A stretch of 64,000 nucleotides of DNA from the NCBI GenBank assembly GCA_963825205.1, contig CAWGSE010000016.1, positions 27,421 through 91,420 on the forward strand, given 5' to 3'. Under the pieces are notes generated by a model. That model searched no databases and had not been told where the DNA came from. It saw only the letters and a list, made by a program, of their open reading frames with translations. Both the position numbers and the translations under genes were made by a program. Shown piece by piece: positions 19,508-28,310 of this stretch; the stretch's first letter is position 1, and every line of letters begins with the position of its first letter. This DNA comes from an uncultured Acidobacteriota bacterium (GTDB taxonomy: Bacteria > Acidobacteriota > Terriglobia > Terriglobales > Acidobacteriaceae).

Positions 19508-19696
19508 ATGGACCCTGTATCACGGAGGTTCCCCATAGTGACGCCTTCCACAAACAGCAACTGGGTTTCGATTGCAGAACAGGCCAGTGTAGAGACGGAT
19601 TCGGCGAAGCTCGCTATCCTGGTCGCGCAGCTCTGCAGTGCATTGGATGATCGTAAGAGAACCGCTTTGCCTTTAACCAGCAAGAGCAAATCCTAA
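19508..19696 (+). CDS. Small hypothetical protein (62 aa)
   Basis: ORF track only. Helical C-terminal part AKLAILVAQLCSALDDRKR. Weak support. Confidence 0.3.
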   Translation: MDPVSRRFPIVTPSTNSNWVSIAEQASVETDSAKLAILVAQLCSALDDRKRTALPLTSKSKS

Positions 19697-19926
19697 GAGC
19701 CGTTCGCTCCCCGCCTGCGCCTTCCGTTTTGCGATAAGTATTGAAACATCCCTATTTCACCAACGATGCCGATAGTAAATGGGTGAGAGGTTTTTCGGCC
19801 TCTTGACGGCACGTGTGCATTCGGCTCATAGAAGACCCGCGGGCAGAAATCGGACGAGCGCGCTATGTCAGTCGCGGGCATCTCGACATAACAAATCTTT
19901 CCGTTCTTGGTCGTGGGCGGCGGCAC
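19693..19926 (-). pseudogene. Remnant of a VOC/glyoxalase-family gene
   Basis: Only the N-terminal block NGKICYVEMPATDIARSSDF resembles VOC proteins. The rest of the 77-aa ORF does not. Confidence 0.4.
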
Positions 19927-19971
19927 TATCTTCCTTTCAGGCGGTCGTCATCCGATTTCCAGCCAGCATTT

Positions 19972-21016
19972 TTACCTTTTGCCGTGGTCGGGTGGCGCTT
20001 CATGTGCGCCGAACAGTCCTAGTTGCTCCACATCCTGGGTCGGGACCGGATGGGCGCGCCGCGCGTAGCGCTCGTACTCATGGTGGATGCCGTGCTTCGA
20101 GCGCAGTCGGGCCATGAGTTGTGAAAGCCGCTTGCCGAAAGCGGGCGGAAGGAAAGCACGCTGCTCGTAGCGCTCGCGATAACTTGCCACCAGGTGGGGA
20201 AATTCTTTTTCGAGAAACGGCAGGAAGACCGACGCTGAGCACGGCTTGAGAAACAGGGGATTCGCGAAAATAGATTTCGCGCCCGCCCGGGCAGCGGCTT
20301 CGACCAGGGCCTCCAGGTCGCGTGCTGCATCGGTGATGCCGGGAAGGACGGGAGCGCAGATGACTCCCGCGGCCACGCCCGCGAGGTTCAGCTGGTGAAC
20401 CGCCTCGAGACGAAGATCGGGACGCGGCGCGCGCGGCTCCAGAATGCGGGCGAGGTCGGTATTCACGGTGGTGATGGTGAGGTTCACGAAGATCCGGTTG
20501 TGCTCGCCGATTTCGCGCAGCAGGGCGGCGTCACGCACCACCAGGTTCGATTTGGTGACGATGCCCAGCTCGAATCCGCGATGGCGGGAGAATTCTTCCA
20601 GAATCGCGCGCGTAATTTCATAGCGCCGTTCGGCGGGCTGGTAGGGATCGGTGGCGGTGCCGATGGCGATCTCCTCGCCCGCCTTAACCTTCCTCAGTTC
20701 CTGGCGGAGGAGATTGGCGGCGTGCTGCTTGACGAAGATCTTGTGCTCAAAGTCGACGTCGCTCATCTCCATGAACTCGTGCGTATAGCGGGCATAGCAG
20801 TATTTGCAGGCGAATTCACAGCCGCGGTAGGGATTGATCGCCCAGGTGAAGGGCAATTGGCGGCCACTCACCACGCGGTTGAGCAGCGAGCGAGTGGGCA
20901 GGGTGAAGTATTCGACGTCATGGCCCTCGCGGATGGACTCTCCCTCTGCGGCGAGCCGGGCGATGCCAATGAGCTTGGTTTTTTTCGAATCAGGGAGCAG
21001 AGGGAAGGGTGGACAT
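19972..21016 (-). pseudogene. Radical SAM protein (SplB / PA0069-like), N-terminus displaced by a frameshift near 20990-21013
   Basis: CxxxCxxC motif (CEFACKYCYARY). The reading frame stays open upstream of the listed GTG (…DSKKTKLIGIARLAAEGESIREGHDVEYFTLPTRSLLNRV) but has no start codon. ATG 21016 (MSTLPSAP) is in another frame. This could be a sequencing error. Confidence 0.8.
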
Positions 21017-21256
21017 ATTCGCCTTTTGTTCGCCTATGGTAGCGGGAGAGCAGAAGGCATGTCAAGGCCTCGGCGGGATAGTACCTATCGGGAAAAATTC
21101 GGCTACCCCTGGCCCCCATTCCCGGCGGCGTTATCTCGTCGCCTTCACTTAGTGGCAAGCCTTGTTCGCGGCATTTCTAACCGTTGCAGTTCTTGGTGGC
21201 CTGCTGTCGATCTGGCTAGACGTCGACCGCCACTTCGGGCTCAAGGACCCCATCTA

Positions 21257-21511
21257 ATGACACTTCAGGCAGTCATCGAACTTCTTCAGTTGGTGAACAA
21301 GAGTCTGGAGGATTTGTGGACTGAGCGTGAGGCACTCCGTAATCAACTCCTTGCGGGCGGTTACACGATTGACCAGATAGACCAACTCCTGGGCGCTGCA
21401 AGATCCGATCCTCAATATCGCGAGCAAGCTCGGAAGATATACGCTGAAATGCGGGAGAACCTGGAGAAGGCGGCCAAAGAGGAGGCAAACCGAGTTAGCA
21501 ATGATTTCTGA
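21257..21511 (+). CDS. Hypothetical helical protein (84 aa) in lower-G+C segment
   Basis: Internal ATG of ORF 20834..21511: MTLQAVIELLQLVNKSLEDLWTEREALRNQLL... Confidence 0.4.
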   Translation: MTLQAVIELLQLVNKSLEDLWTEREALRNQLLAGGYTIDQIDQLLGAARSDPQYREQARKIYAEMRENLEKAAKEEANRVSNDF

Positions 21512-21688
21512 ATCTGATTCCACTGTCAACGGCTCCTCCATTCTAAAGAACATACCTACCTTACTCTAGGACATCCATTTTAAACTTGAGAGAAATATTG
21601 CTGCAATCTTCCACACCTTGGCAGCACATGTAGGATTTCCTGCTCCGTCATGTTCTCACCCCGTCGAACTTCGCGGCCGCCTTTCAGA

Positions 21689-22099
21689 TCAAGAAGCACC
21701 GTGGCAATGCTTATATTTCTTGCCACTGTTACATGGACACGGCTGATTTCTTCCCAGTTGCTTGCCCGATGGCAGCATAGGTTTGCCCCGGAGAAGCTTC
21801 GATAGTTCCTCTAGCTGCTGATCGGGCTCCCAAGGTTCTTTACTGAACACCAGAGCGTCGACGAGACGATTACTTGTGACAAGACAACCCAGACCGAGCC
21901 ATACGTCCGCTTTCGACTTATACTTTCCTAGCCTTGAGAGGCCTACCAGCTTTTTCTGTAGTTCCCCGGGGATTTCGGTTCCGACACAATCGTCATTCCA
22001 CCTTGCGCATCCGATAGCGGCAATCTGGCATCGTGAGACTTGTAATCGCTCGCTGATTTTCGCTTTAGCAGCTTCAGGGTTTGAATTAGGCCTAGTCAT
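21689..22099 (-). CDS. SEC-C motif domain protein (possibly the C-terminal fragment of a larger decayed gene)
   Basis: C-terminal [19 protein letters not shown] (SEC-C metal-binding motif). Confidence 0.6.
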   Translation of the reverse strand: MTRPNSNPEAAKAKISERLQVSRCQIAAIGCARWNDDCVGTEIPGELQKKLVGLSRLGKYKSKADVWLGLGCLVTSNRLVDALVFSKEPWEPDQQLEELSKLLRGKPMLPSGKQLGRNQPCPCNSGKKYKHCHGAS

Positions 22100-22282
22100 A
22101 AAACTGGCATAGCTTGCGTCTCATCTTCGTCTAGCGGACTCAAATCAGCATCGGAAATGCAGCGGGCATTCGCCGTTCCGAGCCCTGAAGCACTCAGGAT
22201 TTCAATTGGTGTACGAGCTCTGGCTGCGTTGTCACTATGCTAAGCGTCGTAATGAACCGCCGTGATATGAGGCGATCATCGC

Positions 22283-23175
22283 CTAGAGCCCGTGGCTCTC
22301 GACAACATTAGCTCCAAGCGGGGCTGTTCGGCGTAGGCACGAACCGCTAGGATGTTGAATGCTAAATCGGAGGAGCACTGCAGTCACACGATCATTCGCC
22401 ATGGATAGACACATAGAAAGCAGTCTTGGGTGCGCGATGCAGCTCGTGAACTGGCCAGGCAACCGTAGGTCGGAATTTACCTTGCCGGGTATTAATGAAA
22501 AGGCCCGGACGAAAGCCTTAATGGGATCACTTCCGAATTTCTGAAGATCGCCTTCGCCAAAGGAAAAGATAGACAAGGCCGCCGTGCACAGCTTAGGGAA
22601 CTCTTCGGGTTTTATGGGGTCCTGAGAGTTGTACTTGCGCTCATGAAGGCTCTTCAACTCATGAGCAATCTGTCCCATTTGGGGGATATCAATGCCCGTG
22701 TGCTCACGAATCCACTTGCTATCGGCGGCATACTTCTGCGTAGCAAATTCTAGATATTGAAAGTCGTAGGCTCCAGAGCCTCCATAAAATATGGGCTCCG
22801 TCATCATCAGGCCGGAGCCGAATGTATTCCGATAATCCTCGTCGGGGTTAGTGGGATAAATCCCTTCTTTGACTCTAATCTTAAGTTGCTCAAAGAAATG
22901 TTCGTGATGTTCCGTATGGAGCTGGTCGAATAGTCTGTAAATCTCTTCAAACCATGCTGCTGAGTCAGCTTCTTTCGGAATGCTAAGGTCAATTTCCGCT
23001 TTGACGACGAGGCCCGCTAGGAATGTTAACTCCTGAAAGTTGAGGTGCTCGTGCCAATTGATATCGGCGGCGTCCTCAGGTGAAAGAAAAGATCACGCAG
23101 CAAGATTAAAGCGAACGTGTAGATGAATCCTGCCTGTCTTGTTACGGCTTCGATCTTATCGATAGTCGTTTTCAT
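22283..23175 (-). pseudogene. Hypothetical protein gene, frameshifted in a T-run near 23081-23090
   Basis: ATG 23175 gives MKTTIDKIEAVTRQAGFIYTFALILLRDLFF. Shifting by one nt yields SPEDAADINWHEHLNFQELTFLAGLVVKAEIDLSIPKEADSAAWFEEIYRLFDQLHTEHHEHFFEQLKIRVKEGIYPTNPDEDYRNTFGSGLMMTEPIFYGG..., which is continuous with ORF 22283..22807. Confidence 0.6.
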
Positions 23176-23774
23176 GTTGAATCCCACAGACGGCACGAGA
23201 ATTCTCCCGTCCAATCTTGAACTTCCGTTCGTTTGTCGGAATTCTATAGCGCCTCCGAACTCGCGCCTTACCATTATTGTGACTCAGGCCGCCGAAACAC
23301 TGACCAGCTTCGCCAGCGTCTCCCAGTGCCTCGGATGCGGGCGGCGTCGGCCCGAACGGACTAACGCAGGCGGGTGGCCCACCCAACTTGTTGGGTGCCC
23401 CATTCAATCGCGTTCTGTGCGATTGAGTTGGGAAACGATGCAGTCTGCCGTTCCCGTTTTCGCCCTCGTTCGACAACGCCCTTCTCCTGCAATACTGGCA
23501 CAGCCATGGCGGTGAAATGAATCGTAGAGGCATTTCGCCGACAAAGCACAATGATAAGCTGTTCCGAACTTTCAGGAGCTGGATTGAAGATATCAACTTG
23601 TAAGATGGGAGGGATTTGAGTTCTTGGGGATCGGCAGCATCGTAACCCCACTCAATCGCAAGGTGCGCGATGGAATGGGCCACCCTCGAGTTTTACCTGG
23701 GCCACCCGCCAAATTATTTCAACCGTCAAAAAGACAACGACGTATCATCGGGCTCCAAACGCCAAGGAGGCGAG

Positions 23775-24641
23775 ATGACATCCGTACTCATTACTGGAAC
23801 CAGCAAGGGAATTGGATTCGAGGCGGCGCTGGCTTTCGGCCGTGCGGGCCACAAGGTCCACGCCACCATGCGCAACCCTTCGCAGTCTCCGCAACTCGCG
23901 GAAATCGCGCAGCGGGAAAAACTGCCAATTACCGTCTCGACCCTGGATGTCGACTCGGACCAGTCGGTGAGCCATGCCATTGCGGCCATCCAGAAAGATC
24001 ACGGCCCGATTGACGTGCTGGTCAACAATGCCGGCGTGGAAAAAGGGGGTTCCGTGGAAGAGCTTCCAATGGCGGACTTCCGCGCCGTGATGGAGACGAA
24101 CTATTTCGGCGCCCTCCGTTGCATTCAGGCCGTGGTCCCGCACATGCGCCAACGCCGCAGCGGCTGCATCATCAATGTAAGTTCGGTGGCGGGACGTATT
24201 TCCTCTGCTCCGTTGACTCCCTACACCGCTACCAAGTGGGCCCTGGAAGCGTTGAGCGAAGGGCTGGCCGGGGAGATGAAGACCTTTAATGTCCGAGTGC
24301 TGATCGTCGAGCCCGGAATTATTGATACCGCCATGGCGCGCCGCATCACCGATGAGGGCACCGATTCGCCCTACCGGCAGCGTGCGCGTTTCGCGTCCCT
24401 TTTCCAGGCCGTGCTGCAGAATCCTGCGCCGCCCTCTCTGGTTGGACAGAAAATTCTGGAAATCGTGGAGAGCGGCACGTGGCAACTTCGCCATCCCGTG
24501 GGACCGGACGCTGTTCCTTTCCTGGAGTGGCGCCGGAAGATGACCGACGAGGAGTGGGTCAACCTGAGCGGCGGCGACGACGAAACCTGGTACCGCAATC
24601 TGCAGCGCGATTTCGGTTTGGATACCCGGCCGAAAAAATAG
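23775..24641 (+). CDS. Short-chain dehydrogenase/reductase (SDR)
   Basis: Start at ATG 23775 (AAGGAGG upstream). TGTSKGIG cofactor motif and YTATK catalytic motif. Confidence 0.9.
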   Translation: MTSVLITGTSKGIGFEAALAFGRAGHKVHATMRNPSQSPQLAEIAQREKLPITVSTLDVDSDQSVSHAIAAIQKDHGPIDVLVNNAGVEKGGSVEELPMADFRAVMETNYFGALRCIQAVVPHMRQRRSGCIINVSSVAGRISSAPLTPYTATKWALEALSEGLAGEMKTFNVRVLIVEPGIIDTAMARRITDEGTDSPYRQRARFASLFQAVLQNPAPPSLVGQKILEIVESGTWQLRHPVGPDAVPFLEWRRKMTDEEWVNLSGGDDETWYRNLQRDFGLDTRPKK

Positions 24642-24765
24642 TCTGTGTCCGGATCGCAGTCCTGCAGGGAGGAGCTTTCTCGGACAGAGCCCCCAACCCC
24701 TCAAGCTCCGACCGTCACCTTGAAGAACGTTGCATAAATCAACAGCTCTCATCAGGAAGGCGGCT

Positions 24766-24823
24766 TCCTAACGCAAAGTTTTTCTGAGCACTTTTCTGGG
24801 AAGTGAGTTTTTCAACAGCCACG
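24766..24823. repeat. Direct repeat copy 1 (57-58 bp) flanking the SnoaL-like gene
   Basis: TCCTAACGCAAAGTTTTTCTGAGCACTTTTCTGGGAAGTGAGTTTTTCAACAGCCACG, near-identical to 25572-25628. Confidence 0.85.
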
Positions 24824-24929
24824 CCTGTTTGCATCAGTGACGTGCGGATTGTGGCTGCGTGACCGACAATCCCTGGGACAGCAGCTTTCTGGATGTACAA
24901 TCGTTGCCGCTCTACGGAGGACATAACAC

Positions 24930-25385
24930 ATGACAACAAGAATCGTTATTGCCATCAGTCTGCTCTGCTGTGTGGCTCTCTGCATCAACCTTGACGCTCA
25001 GGCAGGCGGCGACGTCGCTGACCAGATCAGGCAACTGCAGCAGGAGTCCAGAGATGCGCAGATGAAAAACGACGCTTCATGGGCTCAGCAGCATCTGGCC
25101 GACGGATTCGTCGCGGGAAACAGCTGGGGAGATTGGGAAACCAAAGAGGGCTTCATCAAGGATTTGCAGAACAAGAAAAACAAGTGGAAGAGCGGCAACA
25201 TCAGCGACGTAAAGGTGGCGACCTTCGGCCCGAACGCCGCCGTGTCGCATTACACGTTCACCTACGATGCCGAACTCCAGGGCAAGCACCGGGCGCGAAC
25301 CGTTATCTGCAGCGATACCTGGGTCAATGACTCCGGCACATGGAAAACGGCTTCGACCCACTGCTCGCTGGTAAAGGGCGAATAG
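24930..25385 (+). CDS. Secreted SnoaL-like / DUF4440-type (NTF2 fold) protein
   Basis: ORF track. Signal peptide MTTRIVIAISLLCCVALCINLDAQA, with GGAGG upstream. The fold assignment is by resemblance. Confidence 0.65.
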   Translation: MTTRIVIAISLLCCVALCINLDAQAGGDVADQIRQLQQESRDAQMKNDASWAQQHLADGFVAGNSWGDWETKEGFIKDLQNKKNKWKSGNISDVKVATFGPNAAVSHYTFTYDAELQGKHRARTVICSDTWVNDSGTWKTASTHCSLVKGE

Positions 25386-25403
25386 CGGCGACAGCCACAA
25401 CCC

Positions 25404-25436
25404 AAAGGCTGGCCGCGAGGTCGGCCTTTTTCTTTC
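25404..25436 (+). terminator. Intrinsic terminator after the SnoaL-like gene
   Basis: AAAGGCTGGCC-GCGA-GGTCGGCCTTT followed by TTCTTTC. Confidence 0.7.
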
Positions 25437-25479
25437 GTAGTCGCTAAATGCGCACCCTGAATCTGTAGTCGACGAAAAA

Positions 25480-25500
25480 ACCCGTGGCTGTTGAAAAACT
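25480..25500. repeat. Inverted partner (21 bp, perfect) of the end of direct repeat copy 2
   Basis: CCCGTGGCTGTTGAAAAACTC is the reverse complement of 25610-25630. Confidence 0.85.
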
Positions 25501-25571
25501 CCGTTTTTCTCAAAACAGGCTGAATTCCGGGGATAGATGTCTACCCGAGGTGCGAACGTCGCTTGTAGGGC

Positions 25572-25628
25572 TCCTAACGCAAAGTTTTTCTGAGCACTTT
25601 TCTGGGAGCGAGTTTTTCAACAGCCACG
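25572..25628. repeat. Direct repeat copy 2
   Basis: TCCTAACGCAAAGTTTTTCTGAGCACTTTTCTGGGAGCGAGTTTTTCAACAGCCACG. Confidence 0.85.
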
Positions 25629-25837
25629 GGATTTTCGCCAACCTCGCCTAAAAGTGATGCATACTTTCGACTCGGAAGCCTCTGCAATGTCGTGATGATG
25701 TAGCTCACATGTATTACGGGAGTTTGAAGACGCTCAAAGCTCCCGCAGATTTGATCAGGTTCCTCGGGTCTCTTACCGGCGAGATGCCCGAAAACCCGGA
25801 GTCGCCATCTGGGAACGAGTGGTGCAAAGAAGCCGAT

Positions 25838-28154
25838 ATGAAGTCTCAGTGCTGGTTCAGCCTCTGCTGCGTGGTTAGGCTCATTTTCTGCGTGGGTGGA
25901 CTCGTTGTGGGTACCTGGGGAAAAACCGGGATACCAGTCGCAGGCGTCATCCCATCTAAAAGCACTCCAGTAAATGAATACGTCGACTCCCGGCTTTGCG
26001 CGGGTTGCCATAGTCGAATCTATGCAAACTATCGGCAGACGGGAATGGCCAAATCCCTGTTTAAGCCCGCTCCTGCGAACACAATCGAAGACTATAAAGG
26101 GAACACGCAGTTCTACCACGCCTTGTCTGACACGCACTTCTCGATGATTTTTCGCGACCAGGCCTATTACCAGAGACGGTGGCAAATCGGCTCCGACGGA
26201 AATGAGACGAATGTCGAAGAGATGAAAATTGACTACGTGATAGGTGCAGGCGACCACTCGAGGTCCTACCTACACCGTACCCCACGAGGAACGTTGATCG
26301 AACTTCCTCTGGGTTGGTATACGGAACGAGGTGGATATTGGGGCATGAGTCCAGGATTCGATTCCCGTCATCCGCAGACTCGGCGATTGGTTTCGTATGG
26401 ATGCGTATTTTGTCACGATGGATATCCGCAAGTGCCCTCCGGAAGCGATGCTCCGGGGGCTGATCCGGTCTTTACTGGGGACCTTCCTGAAGGGATTGAT
26501 TGTCAACGATGTCATGGTCCGGGCGGCCAACATGTTCGAGCAGCCCAGGCAGGCGCTGAGCTTCTCGGACATCAGTAGCAGAATTGTGAATCCAGCACGG
26601 CTCAGTTCAAAGCTCCAGATGGAACTCTGCATGCAATGCCACCTGGAGCCGACGAGCGGCCGCCTCCCAGCTTTAGTGAGACGATTTGGTCGCGGGATAT
26701 TTTCCTACATCCCAGGGCAACCCCTTGAAGACTATGTCCTGTACTTCGATCATGCCCCTAACACCGGATACGATGACAAATTTGAATTCGTGAGTGTTGC
26801 CTATCGACTTCGGAAATCTCGTTGCTTTCTAGAGAGCAAGGGGGCGCTGACCTGCCTGTCCTGCCATGATCCACATCGCAAGCTCCCCGTGGGCGAGGAA
26901 GCGACAAGCTACTATTCCGGACAATGCCGTCATTGTCATGAACCCGTCATTAGCACCTTGGTTGCCCAGGGCAAGCACCCGGATGCAGCGGACTGCGTTT
27001 CGTGCCACATGCCAAAAAGGAGAACTGAGGATGTAGTTCACGCACTTATCACGGACCATTTCATTCAGCGTAAGGTCCCAATGCGTGATCTTCAGGCAGA
27101 GCTTCAGGAACGTCATTTGACTGAGGCAGAGGAATACCACGGAGAAGTGGTCCCGTATTATCCGTCGCCGCTGCCGAAAACGAGCGAAAACAGCCGATAC
27201 CTTGCTGTAGCGCAAGTGGCTCGCCAGAACAATCTGAAGAAAGGAGTAGCCGACCTGGCCCGGGAAATGAACCAACATTTTCCTGGCGAGGAGGAGTTTT
27301 ACCTCGCACTTGGGGATGCCCAGAAAAACAGCGGAGATCCGACAGCGGCCGTTGAAGCGTTTGAACAGGCAGTTCGGATCGAGCCAAAATCTGTGACAGC
27401 ATTACGGTCCTTGGCCGCTAGTTTGAAAGCATCGGGGAATGTCTCACGAAGCGAGCAGGTATTGAACCGGGCGCTACACTTGGCACCTCTCGACGGTAGC
27501 ACCTGGAATCAATACGCGATGCTTGAGGCCGACCTTGGGCGAACCGGTCGCGCAATCGAGAAACTTCAGAAAGCGCTTGCGCTAGATCCAGATTTGCCGG
27601 AGGGAGACCTGAACCTTGCCACCCTCTTTGTCCGCGAAGCGCAGATGGAACCTGCCGAAACAGCCTTGAAACGCGCATTAAGCATTGATCCGTACGACGC
27701 GGCTGCTTACGATCTGATGGGGCGGGTGCTGGCAGGGAAGAATGAAATGTCTAGGGCTCTCGATAGCTTCCAAAAAGCAACGCATCTTCGTCCGGACTAT
27801 GGACCCTATCTTTATAACTATGCTCTGGCGCTGGTAGCCGCCCAGCGGTTAGACCAAGCGCGGACACAAGCGCGGGCCGCAGTGAACGCGGATCCTAATC
27901 TTGCTGAAGGCCACGAATTGTTGGGCGGACTTCTCGCTAGAGACCAGCGATTGGCGGAGGCGGTGAGCGAGTATCAGCAGGCGGTGAAACTACAGCCTGG
28001 TTTCAGTCGGGCACACCTGGACTTGGGGTTGGTTCTGGCCGCACAAGGAGATATGCGGAGCGCGACTGAACACCTACGCAAAGCCGCAGCCGGCAAAGAC
28101 CCGAATGTCGTCCGCCAAGCAGCCCAGGCCCTCCAGCGAATCAGCAATCATTAG
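25838..28154 (+). pseudogene. Multiheme (7 CxxCH) cytochrome c fused to a TPR domain, interrupted by a frameshift near 26555-26560
   Basis: ORFs 25709..26578 and 26397..28154. Heme motifs: CAGCH, CVFCH, CQRCH | CMQCH, CLSCH, CRHCH, CVSCH. Long TPR region. Signal/anchor from ATG 25838 (MKSQCWFSLCCVVRLIF). This could be a sequencing error. Confidence 0.8.
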
Positions 28155-28310
28155 GCTATTTCACTCACTGAGAATTGGGCGACTCGGGTCAATGACGCCA
28201 TCGCTCCCCCAAGGCCCCTCGGGCCGGGGGTGTAGCGTTTTGCCCTCGTGGCGTATACACCCCGGACATTCATTGACTTGCCTCCGGCCAAGCCCTAACA
28301 TGGCCGCCAC

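Noticed and set aside
24766-25628. Integron-like gene cassette, with the direct repeats acting as attC sites.
   Set aside because: The repeat ends (TCCTAAC...CAGCCACG) do not form the RYYYAAC/GTTRRRY core-site pair. There is no intI gene or attI nearby, and only one cassette is present.
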